A DNA stretch of 64,000 nucleotides, taken from NCBI GenBank assembly GCA_965112155.1, contig OZ218113.1. One strand, 5' to 3'. The stretch comes from Podarcis liolepis. Its lineage: Eukaryota. The notes below the pieces were generated by a model. It was not told the DNA's origin. It saw nothing but the letters and a program-made list of their open reading frames with translations, and made no database searches. Position 1 is the first letter of the stretch. Each line of letters starts with the position of its first letter. Both the position numbers and the translations under genes were made by a program. Of the stretch, positions 9,571 to 22,262 are shown in pieces.

Positions 9571-9989
9571 CCCCAATTCTTCCAGCACCCATCACCATTA
9601 GATGTCCACAAGAGTGGAAGAATTGGGGTTTTTTTATAAAAAAAAACCTGGATGAATTTTTGGTACAGGACTCATTTGGATCCTGAGCTGCCCTGTATGG
9701 TACGGCACAACGACACTTTTCCCCCTGGCGCTGTTGGGCCCGCCCTCACTTAAATATAGTGCACCCACCTCACAGGACACCAGTTCCACAAATTCCCACA
9801 AACCACCCCAGATTATCTTGTGGGGGATTTGTGTGAGGGAAAACTTAATAATTTGGAGGCAGGATTTGATCAAATAAACAATAAAGATTTTATTTAGCAA
9901 AGGACGTTTGTGACACAAGTGGGTACAACATAGGATACTTCAGATTATGTTATTTCACTTCAGTGTTGCACAGCTGTTGCCGCTTAATA

Positions 9990-10417
9990 CAGTGGTGCCT
10001 CGCAAGACGAAAAGAATCCGTTCCGCGAGTCTCTTCGTCTTGCGGTTTTTTCGTCTTGCGGTTTTTTCGTCTTGCGAAGCAAGCCCATTAGCGGCTTAGC
10101 GGATTAGTGCTATTAGCAGCTTAGCGGGCTTAGCGGATCAGCTGATAAGCAGTTTAGTGGCTTAGCGGATCAGCTGATAAGTGGCTTAGCGGATCAGCTG
10201 TTAAGTGGCTTAGCGGTTTAGGATCAGCTGATAAGCGGCTTAGCGGCTTGGGAAAGGGGGGGGGAGGAAATAAACACCGCAGGAACTCGCAAGACATTTT
10301 CGTCTTGCGAAGCAAGCCCATAGGAAATTCGTTTTGCGAAGCACCTCCAAAACGGAAAACCCTTTCGTCTAGCGGGTTTTCCGTCTTGCGAGGCATTCGT
10401 CTTGCGGGGCACCACTG
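9990..10417. mobile_element. Tigger/pogo-like MITE with internal minisatellite
   Basis: TIRs CAGTGGTGCCTCGCAAGACGAA ... TTCGTCTTGCGGGGCACCACTG, TA duplications, internal GCTTAGCGGATCAGCTGATAA repeats. Confidence 0.85.
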
Positions 10418-10826
10418 TACTTTGGTTCTTAAACAAGGTGGTACTTCCTGTCAGTTACACACCCCTTTGACAACCCTACTCCTGAGGTACTCTTAAAGTA
10501 ACAGACTCAAGGGATCGCCACACCCATCTTAACTGGTTTGGGAGTCTTCTCTTTGTAGCAGAATCACTCCCCTCCTGACTGGAATGAGACCCAAGTAGAC
10601 TGTATCTTTCCAGTTTCTACTTCTCCTGGCTCAGCCTCAGCCTCCCAGTTAATTCCTGGCCTATTACTCTCTCAGGACACCACACACTGTCCTTCACACT
10701 AAGCTCAGAGACTCCTTTCTGTAGCTTTTGATATATTCCGCAGAGTGGATGTTTCTAGCCAGAACCAACTCTCTCTCCTCTCACTCCCTATCTCCCAACC
10801 TATTCTCCCAACCTCAATCCTAGCCT

Positions 10827-11181
10827 AAAGGTAAAGGTAAAGGTAAAGGGACCCCTGACCGTTAGGTCCAGTGGTGGATGACTCTGGGGTTGCGGCGCTC
10901 ATCTCGCTTTACTGTCTGACAGAGCTGGTGTACAGCTTCCGGGTCATGCGGCCAGCATGACTAAGCTGCTTCTGGCGAACCAGAGCAGCACATGGAAACG
11001 CCGTTTACTTTCCCGCCGGAGCGGTACCTATTTATCTACTTGCACTTTGATGTGCTTTTGAACTACTAGGTTGGCAGGAGCTGGAACAAGCAATGGGAGC
11101 TCACCCCGTCGCGGGGATTCGAACCTCTGACCTTCTGATCGGCAAGCCCTAGGCTCTGTAGTTTGGACCACAGCGCCACCT
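10827..11181 (-). mobile_element. Sauria/Squam1-type SINE
   Basis: Near full-length match to the other copies; (AAAGGT)n tail at the left end. Confidence 0.9.
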
Positions 11182-12618
11182 GTTAGACCACAGCCCCCCC
11201 TACCCCTTTTCAATTCCCTCTTCTGGAACTCCGGCCAATCAGAAGCTGCCATTCATTAACCGTTTGCTGGCAGGGAAAAAGAAAATACTTGGGTACCCAA
11301 GCTGCCCAGCAAAACAAACTTTTCTGTCACACCCTGTGAGTAAAGGACCGTGAACTCTGCAAATGCCTGCGGATAAGGCTGCCAGGCCCTGAGATGGAAA
11401 GTGCCTTGACTTGACTTTCCTTGCAGATTGAATGCCCCCTTTGTGCAAAGGATTAAACTTGTGCGTCAACGCACAGCCTAGGGGAGCCAGGTAAGGTAAC
11501 AAAAAATCCACACCCATAGCAGAGCTTTAAAGGTACATTGAGAGGGCTTAAGTCAGTGTGGGAGAGGCAAGGTCTTGCCTTCTTGCGACACACCCTTCTG
11601 GATTTATTTCTGGCTGCTGCACCAGCAGAACTGACTTGCTGGGCTGGGCTGATCCATTAACCAGCTCCTGCCAACCTGGTGCCCTCCAGATCTTTTTCGG
11701 ATTACAACTCCCCATCCCAGCCCCCACAAGAACCCTGTGAGGTGGGTTAGCCTGAGAGAGGCAGTGGTTGGCCCCAGGTCACCCAGTGGGCTTCATGGCT
11801 GAGTGGGGATTTGAACCCTGGTCTCTCCCAGGTCTAGCACTCTAGAGCTCTAACCACTAAGCAGCACTACCCAGTCAAAAGTTAGTTCCTGGACAGCACA
11901 GTAGGTTACCTGGTCAGAGTCTTGCACACCACTGCGTGATGAAAATGCATTTATAGTAATTATTTGCTTACATACAAATTACATATGTGAACTTTCATAG
12001 AATCATAAAATTGTGCAGTTGGATGGTACCCAAAGGGTCATCTAGTCCAACCCCCTGCAATGCAAGTATCACAGCTGTAGATCTGTGTCCACTTTGGCCA
12101 ATGCGTAAGTGGCTTCCCTAAGGGAAGGTGGACTTCTTTTGGGACACTCTTGCCTCTTTCTAGTTGCCGTTTTCTAGTTCTACAACACCTTCTTATACTG
12201 TACAGGAGATGGCATTTCAACAATCTCTTGATTATTACAGTGCTAGAATTGTTAAAACAAAAAGGAACTATGGGAGTCTGCAATACGAAGTGGAGGAACC
12301 TAAAAGGAAGTAACTACTTACCTTGTTCCTCTCTGGATGCTTTTCTGCTCCATCCCATCCCAAGCTATTCTTTTCCCTGCCTTTTTTGACAGGAAAAATG
12401 GCAGGAAAAAGAATAGATCTCTTCCCCATCTCCTGCTGCTTCCATTCCATTCTATTCTCTCCCTCTCCTCTCTTGGCTGTCATTTCCACACACACACCCC
12501 CTTGGAAGTACTCAAATGGGCAATCCCAGCCATTCCAGAAGCGAGCAGACTCAGATCTCTGTACTGTGTGTAGTCAATAGTATTTGGCTAACCAATGTTG
12601 CTACCTAGGAGCAAATGG

Positions 12619-12726
12619 AGCCAGTTAAGAATGAGGGCAGTGGGCAAGAAGCCAGTTGAGAATGAGGGCAATGTGCATGAAGCCATTTAAGAATGAGGGC
12701 AATGTTCATAAAGCCAGTTGAGAAGG
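12619..12726. repeat. 31-bp minisatellite, about 3.5 units
   Basis: Repeated AGCCAGTT(A/G)AGAATGAGGGCA(A/G)TG unit. Confidence 0.75.
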
Positions 12727-12872
12727 AGGTTAATGTAAATAAGCTGAACATTTTCATACTCATTTCTTTAAAAAAAAGAAGTCAGAAAGGGTTGCTTTTC
12801 TGTACTGAGAAAAAACAACACAGTTTTGACAGTCGTACCAAAATCTTTGCATTATATCCTTGCCCATTGTAG

Positions 12873-13090
12873 GACTTCACCGCTATGTGTGGCTGGTCTA
12901 CGAGCAGCCGCAGCGACTGACCTGCGACGAGCCCATCCTGAACAAACTTACCGCTGCCAAGCGCGAGAAGTTCCGAGCCTCGTCCTTCCGCAAGAAGTAC
13001 GGATTGGGTGCGCCTGTGGCAGGCATGTGCTACCAGGCCGAGTGGGACAGCCACGTGCCAAAGATCTACGAACGGCTTGGCGTCAAATAG
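12873..13090 (+). CDS. PEBP1: PEBP1/RKIP-like gene, terminal exon 4
   Basis: tgtag|GA CTT CAC CGC; (G)[22 protein letters not shown]...[35 protein letters not shown]; AATAAA at 13118-13123 and 13290-13295. Confidence 0.93.
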
Positions 13091-13454
13091 CATGCCATGT
13101 GAATCCCATTGCAACTGAATAAAAAAAGAGAGGGTGGTATCCAACGTTAAGCCTTACTTGGAACACTCTCGCTGAAAACAGTGGGCATGACTCTAGTGGG
13201 TCTACTCTTGAGTAGAATGCAACCCACTGAGCACAGGGAGATTTGTGGCAGTTTCCCCTAAACTTGGCAAGCCTTTTCAGGTGCTGTATAATAAAAGCAA
13301 TCAAAATACCCTTGTACATGGATTCCTTTCTCAAACAGGAATCTGCCCACAAGCTGCAGAGGAGCTGCTCACTGTGTCCTGCAAAGCTGAAAGGCGTGGA
13401 GGGGACTGGCGGGAGGGGTGAAAGTTGCTCCTGACTTCCCCATGCATTGAAAGA

Positions 13455-14298
13455 ACACAGAACAGATTGAGGTTGAATCCTGACAAGACAGAATTACTGT
13501 CTTTGGGGGACAGGGGGTTGGCTGGTGTGGAGGACCCCTGGTCCTGAATGGGGCAACTGTGCCCCTGAAGGACCAGGTGTGCAGCCTGGGAGTAATTTTG
13601 GACCCACAGCTGTCCATGGAGGTGCAGGTCAATTCTGTGTCCAGGGCAGCTATCTACCAGCTCCATCCGGTACACAGACTGAGACCCTACCTGCCCGTGG
13701 ACTGTCTCACCAGAGTGGTACATGCTCTGGTTATCTCCCACTTGGACTACTCCAATGTGCTCTCCGTGGGGCTACCTTTGAAGGTGACCTGGAAACTGCA
13801 ACTAATCCAGGATGCGGCAGCTAGACTGGTGACTGGGAGACCAAATAACACCGGTCCTGAAAGACCTACATTGGCTCCCAGGATGTTTCTGAGCACAATT
13901 CAAAGTTTTGGTGCTAAACAACCATGGCTCAGTATACCTGAATGAGTGTCTCCACCTCCATCGTCAGCCTGGACACTGAGGTCCAGCTCCGAGGGCCTTC
14001 TGGTGGTTCCCTCCCTGCAAGAAGTGAGGTTACAGGGAACCAGGCAGAAGGCCTTCTTTGTAGTGGCGCCCGCCCTGTGAAACGCCCTCCCATCAGATGT
14101 CAAGGAAATAAACAACTATCTGACGTTTAGAAGACACCTGAATGCAACCCTGATTAGGGAAGTTTTTAATATTTGATGTTTTAGCATGATTTTAATATTC
14201 TGGTAGGAGCTGCCCAGAGTGCTGGGGAGATCTGGCCAGACAGGGCGGGGTAAAACTAATACATTATTACTATTATTATTATTATTATTATTATTATT
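13455..14298 (+). mobile_element. L2-clade LINE 3' fragment, 5' truncated and decayed
   Basis: NRLRLNPDKTE, LGVILDPQL, HALVISHLDYSN, LQLIQDAAARLVTG motifs typical of the L2 ORF2 C-terminus; ends in an (ATT)n tail. Confidence 0.85.
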
Positions 14299-15139
14299 AG
14301 GTTGCAGGAGCAACATGGGGTAGCTCAGAGCACACAGTATGGGCAACTTTGGTCAGAAGAGGGTTGTAGAAGCTCAGACCTGGAGGTTACACCTGACCCC
14401 CAGAACACCCCCCAAGCCACACACATCATTGGTCTTGCTCTTACCCTCATTGTTTCTGCCTAGCTGGCATGTGTCTTGCTTGCCTAGATGGGGAATAGAG
14501 AAGGGTGTTTGGGTGCTAGCCTACTGTATAAAAGTAAGATTTACTTTAATTGCTCCACCCATTTTGCCTTCGGACCTGCCTGCCCTAGGCATGCGGCCCC
14601 TGGGAAGTTGCTGGAAAAGGAATGTGGACCTCATGCTGCGAAAAGATTATCTACCTCTGGGACTGGGCAGGAAGGGGCAATATGAGCAGTCCCATGCACC
14701 AGCCTCCACTGATCTCTGGACTGTGCCTGGTTCTTGGCAGGACTAGCGGCTCCTGGTGGCGACTGGGTGGCTGCCCCCCCGAAGGGAACTAAGAAGTTCC
14801 CCAAATATTGCTCAGAGGCCAAGAAGAAGGCCAAGATGCAGAGAAAAGGAGAATCGTGGCAGAACTGAAACCTTCAAAGTTGCTCCCGAGATCCCTTTGG
14901 GTGGATGGGTAGAAACAGAAATGAACGAGCAAAGAGATAAGGCAGTCAACAAAAGCAAAAGCAAAAAAAAAGGGGGGGGGTTAAAAATATCCTAAGAATG
15001 TTGATGGGTCCAAGACAGACCCGCCCCCCTCCTCAGCAAATTCCCTTTGGAGCCCTTAAGAGTACAGGCAGGTGTAGTAAGAAGTCCCAGCTGGTTCCTT
15101 GACTGTGGTGTGAGTCCAGCTCCAGGCCAGCTTAGGAAT

Positions 15140-15775
15140 TTCATAAAATCTTGAGTTAGAAGGGACCCCAAGAGTCATCTAGTCCAGCCCCCTGCAATGA
15201 AGGAATCACAGCTTAAGCATCCATGACAGGTGGCCATCCAACCTCTGTTTAAAAGCCTTCTGTGACCCAGGTAGTGTGCTCCACTGTCAAACAGCTCTCA
15301 CCATCAGAGTGTTGTTCCTAACGTTTAGTCGGAATCTTCCTTCTTGTCCTTTGAATCCATTGGTTTGGGTCATCTGTTCCGGAGCAGCAGAAAACAAGCT
15401 TGCTCCATCTTCCAGGTATTTGAAGATGCCTCTCATATCACCTCTCAATTCTTCTCTTTTCCAAACTAAACATACCCCAGCTCCTTCAACCGTTTGTCAT
15501 TAGGCTTGGTTTTCAGACCCTTGATCATCTTGGTCGCCCTCCTCTGCACAGGTTCCAGCTTGTGAATATCCTTCTTAAACCGTGGTGCCCAGAACTGGAC
15601 ACAGGACTCCAAGTGGGGTCTGACCAAGGCAGAATAGAGTGGTACTATTTTGGATGCTGGATGTCTGTTAAAGCAGCCTAGAATTGCATTAGCTTTTTTC
15701 TTTATTTCTGTTGCATCGCACTGTTAACTCATGTTAAGCTCGTGGTCCACCAAACCCCATGATCCTTTTTGCAAT
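15140..15775 (-). mobile_element. CR1 LINE 3' fragment
   Basis: Reverse complement contains CR1 motifs (GTCCAGTTCTGGGCACC = [18 protein letters not shown]) and a CR1-type 3' end. Confidence 0.8.
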
Positions 15776-16414
15776 GATTGCTGTACATAGCAAGGAACTG
15801 ATTCCTAATTCAGCTATCAGCCTGGGCCATCCTCTCATTCTTCAGGCGAGGAGCTTCTTTTTTCATTTTCTTTCATCGCATACATGTTCACCCATCTATC
15901 AAATCACCCTTTGCCAAAATAATCCACAATAGAAATACTTTCTGAAATCAAATCCATGTGGGGCTTGGGATAGGTGTTCTCCTGGTGACATAACAGGAAC
16001 CATCCAATGAGCACTGCCCACAACCGGTTTTGGCTGCGGACTGGAAGGATGGCTCCCTGGGAAAGGCCGTATTGGAACAATGTGTGCTACATTCCTCTTC
16101 GCCTTAAAAGTTTCAGGTGTGTTTCTGAGCACCAGTAAAAGCATCTGTGCAATATACGATAGAAGCCCCTTTACACAATATTTCCTCTGCTCCTCTCCTG
16201 CTCTTGCCTCCTCCCACAACATCCAACAGAGGATCTGATTGGCCAGCGTTTGCTGCTAAAAGGCTCTCCTGTTGCTGGATGTAAAACAAGAGCTGGAAAG
16301 CCACACTCGAGTCTCTTCCATGGCTGACCAGAGATGGGGTGGGTAGGGGGTAGCGCAGGGCAAAGAGTTGCTTCCCCTGCTACAATGAGACAGCAAAGCT
16401 TCGTGAGCAACACT

Positions 16415-17909
16415 TTTATTTACAAATATAATTAAAAGCTCTGACAGTTATATCATGCTCTTCCCTTTGAGAACCTGAAAAAAGGTTTTCTCTCTTTTTT
16501 TTTTTGCTTTTTTCCGTTNNNNNNNNNNNNNNNNNNNNNNNNNNNNNNNNNNNNNNNNNNNNNNNNNNNNNNNNNNNNNNNNNNNNNNNNNNNNNNNNNN
16601 NNNNNNNNNNNNNNNNNNNNNNNNNNNNNNNNNNNNNNNNNNNNNNGGAGAGGGGAGGGAGGGGGGGAACCAAAGGTGGGAGTTGTGGGTGGGTCGCAGG
16701 GAGGGGTGTGGAGGAGGAGGAAAGATTTAAGGTGATGTGAGAATGAGAGACAGTGTTAAACTCCAACGATTGACTTGGAAAAGAGGAAGGGTGGAGGGTT
16801 TTTGGAGGGGTGGGTGGGGGTGTCGGCGTGGCCTGGAGTGTGGGTGGGTTGGTGGGGGGGTCGGAGGGGGGAACAAGTCATCAGGTAGTAAAAAAACTTC
16901 TGATCAGAGAAACAGTTAAAATACAATATGAAAATAAGTAAATTTCTCCTTAAATTTCCTTCTATACACAAAATACACAATTTGACAAGGCCCAATTTGT
17001 GCTCCTGGGATTCTCTGGGCTCCTTAAGTTTTTTTTTTTTAAGTGTATTCACATCCTCTGCTACAGCAGAAAATGATTATGATACAATCAAGAATGTGCC
17101 AAAGACCAACGGCCAAAAAAACCCACCTGGCCTGGCCTGACCCTTTTTCAAAAAAATCACGCTCTCCCTCTTTCCCCAACCCCCCTCCCCTTCCCCCCCG
17201 CCCCCAAAGTAATAATATGTCCACCACTGATATGTACAGCACAATTTCAGAATTCATATTTTCTGTAAAATGTATCAAATTTCTCAATCTCTTAATAAAA
17301 TTTTTTTTATTATTATTTTTTTCATTTAGTTATTCCTGATGAATAAATACCAAAAAAAGAAATAATAATAATTAATAATAAAATTAAAAACTCAAAACGT
17401 TATGCAGCAGCTGATTAAGGTAAGGCTGCGATACCCATCTCTCTCCCCCTGGGAATCTGACTCCTTTTAATTTTCCTTCCTTGGTTTTTTTGTTTTTTTT
17501 GCTTGAATTTTCATTGGTAAGGTGGCAAAAAAATATGAGTGATTGCTGAAAAGCAAACATACATCCACTTTTTTGTTTTGATTCGTTAGAATTGTCTCCA
17601 AAGTTTTCATTGAAACGTTTTTTTTAATAATAATAAAAAAAATCATTGCACAGAGACATCAATACTGTGAGACACTATGAGATTCAAGAGAGACTGCGGA
17701 GCAATGGTCCTGCTCTGAAACGTGACACTTGGCGGGAAGGGGGGGCCCCTGATGGAGTAAGAATATACAGGCACTAAGTCCGACATGATGTCAGTAAGAG
17801 AGACAGAAAGAGAGAGAGCACACCCGTTAACATGGGGGGGGAATGTTGGGATTTGAGATATTTTTTGTTTGCATTTTTGTTTTTTTTTAATGGCAAAAGA
17901 AATTTAATC
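16415..17909 (-). other. TAOK3: TAOK3 3' UTR with candidate polyA signal
   Basis: Follows the stop codon; AU-rich; AATAAA on the minus strand at 16420-16415; contains N gap 16519-16646. Confidence 0.6.
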
Positions 17910-18071
17910 TCATCTGTAGTCCTCCTTAGGAAATTCTAACGTGACCAAATTTCCAAAGCCCATCCGTAGGCTCTCCATGTCAAAAGTTTCAATCTCTCGC
18001 TCTTGCCTTTCCAACAGAAACTTTATCCTCTCGCTGCGTTCCTTCTGCAGGGCCGCCAGCTCCTCTTCAAT
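17910..18071 (-). CDS. TAOK3: TAO kinase 3, last coding exon
   Basis: ttcag|ATT; IEEELAALQKERSERIKFLLERQEREIETFDMESLRMGFGNLVTLEFPKEDYR*, the TAOK3-specific C-terminus. Confidence 0.96.
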   Translation of the reverse strand: MEEELAALQKERSERIKFLLERQEREIETFDMESLRMGFGNLVTLEFPKEDYR

Positions 18072-18396
18072 CTGAAACAGCATAAAAGGGGGGTTCTTTT
18101 AAAGCAAGCTCCTCAGAATCCCAAACGTTTGAGGAACAGATCTAGATGAGAGGATTTCCTACCCCTCCATTTCTCCTGGAATGATACTGGGAAGTGGATG
18201 TGTGTGTGCTTACAGGGTGTGTTTGCAGCAGAAACAAGTCAGTCGTAAAGGGATGCTGAGTCCTTTCCTTAGTGATTTCTCCTTTCCCAATTCCTCCTGT
18301 GGTAGTTTGTTTTTTAACAAACCTCTCCCGCCTCCCCGGGACTCTGAAACTGCAATATAGCTGTGGGAGGGGAGAACCATTTGTGGAGGGGATCAA

Positions 18397-18633
18397 AGAA
18401 TCACAGAGTTGGAAGGGACCCTGAGAATCAACTGGTTCAACCTTCTGCAATGCAGGAATGAATATGCAGCTGTCCCCTATGATGATCGAACCTGCGACCT
18501 TGGCATTATCAGCACCACATTCGAACCAACTGAGCTATCTTTGTTCTTAATGCAGGAATCTTTTGCCCAACATGGGGCTCAGACCCACAACCCTGAGATT
18601 AAGAATCTCAAGCTCTACCGACTGAGCTACCCA
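18397..18633 (-). mobile_element. Tandem tRNA-headed SINEs with CR1-like tail (tRNA-Lys-like head, then tRNA-Ile-like head)
   Basis: Minus strand TAGCTCAGTCGGTAGAGC..CTTAATCTCAGGGT (Lys-CTT-like) and TAGCTCAGTTGGTT..GGTGCTGATAATGCCAAGGTCGCAGGTTCGAT (Ile-like), each followed by ATTCCTGCATT; CR1-like end CCCTTCCAACTCTGTGATTCT. Confidence 0.7.
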
Positions 18634-20140
18634 GTTAATATGTGTCTCTGTGTTTGCTTTCAGTAACTTTCCCATCCAATAACACTTCTAGGCTCACCTG
18701 GTGAGCAGAGAGTTTGGTACTGCTTCACCAGTGCATTCCCTGCAGGGTCCCCTGTTGGCAAAGCAGATGACTGTAGCCTGGACACCTGAACCTTCCCACT
18801 CACCAGCCGATGAGCGGGTTCAATCCTGCTGCATGCAGCTTTGCCCCACCCCGCAGATCAACTTCACAGTAGGTGGGTGGGGCTGCCAGTAACCTGGTGT
18901 CATGATGTCAGCTGGCTGAGACAGGTGGGTGACCCCGCCCACCAGTCAAAGCTGGCTTGTGCAGGTGATGAAAGATCTGGCCTGCCAGGCAAAAAAGCCA
19001 CTGCATTTGGGGAAACCTCTGGTGGCAGTCTTAAAACAGTGGAGCAGGTGGACTTTCCATTAGAACACACCTCCGGCAACGACACAGACCAATGCGTCTA
19101 GCAGTCAGGAAATCTGATTCCCTGGTGCACTCCAGCAAATGACAAATAAGCACCAGCAGTGCTATTCCTTTTCTGTCGCTGGTATTCAGTTAACCTCATG
19201 GGGCGTCTGATCAGGAATCTATCCATCTATTCCTACTAGAGTTGGTTCAGACATTAACTATTTACTCACAGCATTCATAAATGATTTAAAGGGTGGATCC
19301 ATTCCTAAACCCGAAGATGCCAACTACCTAGTCGGTTTGGAATATTCCTCCCGCCCACAAAAGCAACGAGATGGGAAATTCCTTCCTTGTCTCAGTTATT
19401 AAAATGCCCATTATGCAGTGCTTATTATTACCACTGGTCTGGAGGCCAGAGAGAAAACAATTTACAGTTTCTGATTTATCTGAGTGGGCAGAAGACAGCT
19501 TGGCAAAGCAATGCTGTTGTGAAGATGCCTGCTGAGGGGCCTGTCTGCCTGTCCCCTCTGTATTCAATCTGCTAGTTTGCAGATACTATGAAAGCATGGG
19601 TGGTCTGGAGGGTGGCAACACAAGAAGGGGCCTTTTCCGTGGTGGCTCCCTGCTTGTGGAATGCTCTCCCCAGGGATGCTTGCCTGGTGCCACTGCTACA
19701 TATCTTTAGGTGCCGGGCAAACATGTTCCTTTTTAATCAGGTCTTCAGCTGTTAAACACTGGTGGCTTTTGTCCATGGGTGGGATGCTTTAATGCAGTTT
19801 TTTAAAAAAATAAAAAATAAAGAAATAGAATTGGATTTTAGACTTTTTTAATGCTGGTTTTAATCTATGTATGTGTACAGTGTAAGTCGCTTTGAGTTGC
19901 CGTGGCAAAAAAAAGGTGACTAATAAATTTAAAAAATACCACTGGGAGTAATTGCTAAGGCTCCCGTATTCTCTTCACAAGGATCCTGCTAGGATCCTGG
20001 TACTTAGGGAAATGTAATGCATTGCCGCTACCAGGTTAACTGCAGAGTGCGGGATACACCTGGACAGTATGCACAATTCCACATCCCCACCAGTTCTTCC
20101 TTTCCTGGCTTTTTTGGCAACGGCCCAACCCCTGCCATAC

Positions 20141-20323
20141 CTTTTGCTCAAGATGTGCCCTGCGTAACGACACCCTCTGCTCCAGCTTCTGGAGTTCCCG
20201 CTCATGCTGTGCTTCCGTCTGCATCTTGATTTTGCTCTGATAGGCATTCAGCAGCTCCATCTCTTGCTGAAGCTGCAACCGCAGGGCCTGGCATTCCGCT
20301 TCCTGAGCCTCATCTAGCCGCAG
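20141..20323 (-). CDS. TAOK3: TAOK3 coding exon (183 nt)
   Basis: cccag|CTG...AAG|gtatgg; [35 protein letters not shown]...RAHLEQK. Confidence 0.96.
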
Positions 20324-21493
20324 CTGGGAGTGTAAAAAAACAAAAACCAACAAAATCATTTACAAAGTTAAGGGTGCTTGCTGGTCAAATCTGCTCTAGG
20401 GTTGGGCACAACAGCAGCAACAGCAACAACAGTTGTTTAGGCAGGCCGTGAAGACGTATGACCCAAAAGGGGAGAAAATGCAAAAAGGTTCTGGTTGAAA
20501 TGGCCAGCATAGAAGCCTTAACTGTGTACTGTAATCTGGGGAAGTAAAGTTAAGGTTGGGTCCACTTCCTTGAGACTCCAAAGCTCCCTTCCTGCCATTG
20601 GCCCACAAACCCGTTCTGCCCCTCTGGATGAGGTCTGTACCCAGCATGACTTTCTCTTACCATCTCCTTTCACCCCCTTTCCCCCTAAGTCCCTTTCTCT
20701 TCCGCTGTATATAGACCACAGATGGGGAGCCTGTAGACCTCCATAAGCTGCTGGACTGCACCTCCCATCAACTCTTCACTTTTGCCATGCTTTCAGGGGT
20801 TGGTGGAGCCCAACAGCATCAGGGGAGCTGCCAGAGGCTCCCTACCACTGGCAGACTCAGTCCTGCCTCATCCAATCATTGTGGCTCCAGTCCCAACACC
20901 CAGAATCCTTTGCTACTCAGCACTCCTGTTTCTTTCACACACACACACACACTTTGCTTTTCATTCCTTTCACCTTGCATGGAGTTTCAAACATGCCCAT
21001 TACACCTGGGCTTTCACCGCTCCCAATCTCCTTTCCCTGCCTTTCTGCCAGGCTTCTGCCCCCTTCTCACAGCTCTCCTTTGGCCATCCTGCCCACACAG
21101 CTTCTCCTGCATCTAGAGCCACTGCAAAGTGCATCACACACCTTACCTAGTGGCAGTCCTTACAGCAGCCACGAAAGTAAGTCGGTCTTTTTTTTATCTC
21201 CCATACTGCAGATGGGGAAGGAATGAGGCTGAGAGAGTATGACTTGCCTGAGGTCACCTGGTGAGGTCATGGCAAGAGCTAAGATTCACACTGGGAACCT
21301 CCTGGTTGGCAGCTCAGTATCTCAGCCATTATGCTACTACACCAGCTCACAGCCTGTCATCAACATTTCTTGGCACCTGCTTTATTCTCCCAGAACTTAG
21401 AAGTGTTTCTGAACACTCCAAGGTATGCCATCAGCTCAACCAAAAGGTGTTTTCCTTATCACCCCCCCCCAAATCCATTCACGCTTGTTTCAG

Positions 21494-21628
21494 AGAATCA
21501 CAGAATTGGGAGGGACCTCAGGGGTCATCTAATCCAACCCCCTGTGATACAGGAATCTTTCACCCAATGTGGGGCTCAAACCCACGACCCTGAGGTTAAG
21601 AGTCCCATGCTCGACCCACGAGCTATCC
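21494..21628 (-). mobile_element. tRNA-Lys-headed SINE with CR1-like tail
   Basis: Same head and tail layout as the element at 18397-18633. Confidence 0.65.
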
Positions 21629-21915
21629 CTCAGGGCTTGGTTATCCTGAAGGTATCTGGATATTACAGCTGTGTGCAACTGGGGCTTTAAACTTCACACG
21701 TGCACATACCAATGTATGCAATCTGAAAAGATTATTTGATCATCGGTGTGTAAACCTGCTACAAACAAGCTTGACGAGGATTGCACATGCTGTTTAGTTG
21801 TTGTTTTTGTTTTAAATTAATTTGAAAATAAAACCAGGAAAAGGAAAGGAGAAAAGAGGGGAAAGAGAAAGGAGGGGAAATGAAATAAAATTAAGGAAAA
21901 GGAAAGAATAAAATG

Positions 21916-22262
21916 GTAAAGGGACCCCTGACCACTAGGTCCAGTCGTGGACGACTCTGGGGTTGCAGCGCTCATCTCGTTTTACTGGCCGAGGGAGCCG
22001 GCGTACAGCTTCCGGGTCATGTGGCCAGCATGACTAAGCCGCTTCTGGTGAACCAGAGCAGCACACGGAAATGCCATTTACCTTCCCGCCGGAGCGGTAC
22101 CTATTTATCTACTTGCACTTTGATGTGCTTTCGAACTGCTAGGTTGGCAGGAGCAGGGACCGAGCAACGGGAGCTCACCCCATCACGGGGATTCAAACCG
22201 CCGACCTTCTGATCGGCAAGTCCTAGGCTCTGTGGTTTAACCCACAGCGCCACCTGCATCCC
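21916..22262 (-). mobile_element. Sauria/Squam1-type SINE, full length
   Basis: Match to the other copies in the window. Confidence 0.92.

Noticed and set aside
10090-10250. CRISPR-like repeat array
   Set aside because: No unique spacers; it is a minisatellite inside a MITE in a vertebrate genome
18471-18633. Functional tRNA-Ile and tRNA-Lys genes
   Set aside because: T-loops and acceptor stems are degraded, and both are fused to retroposon tails
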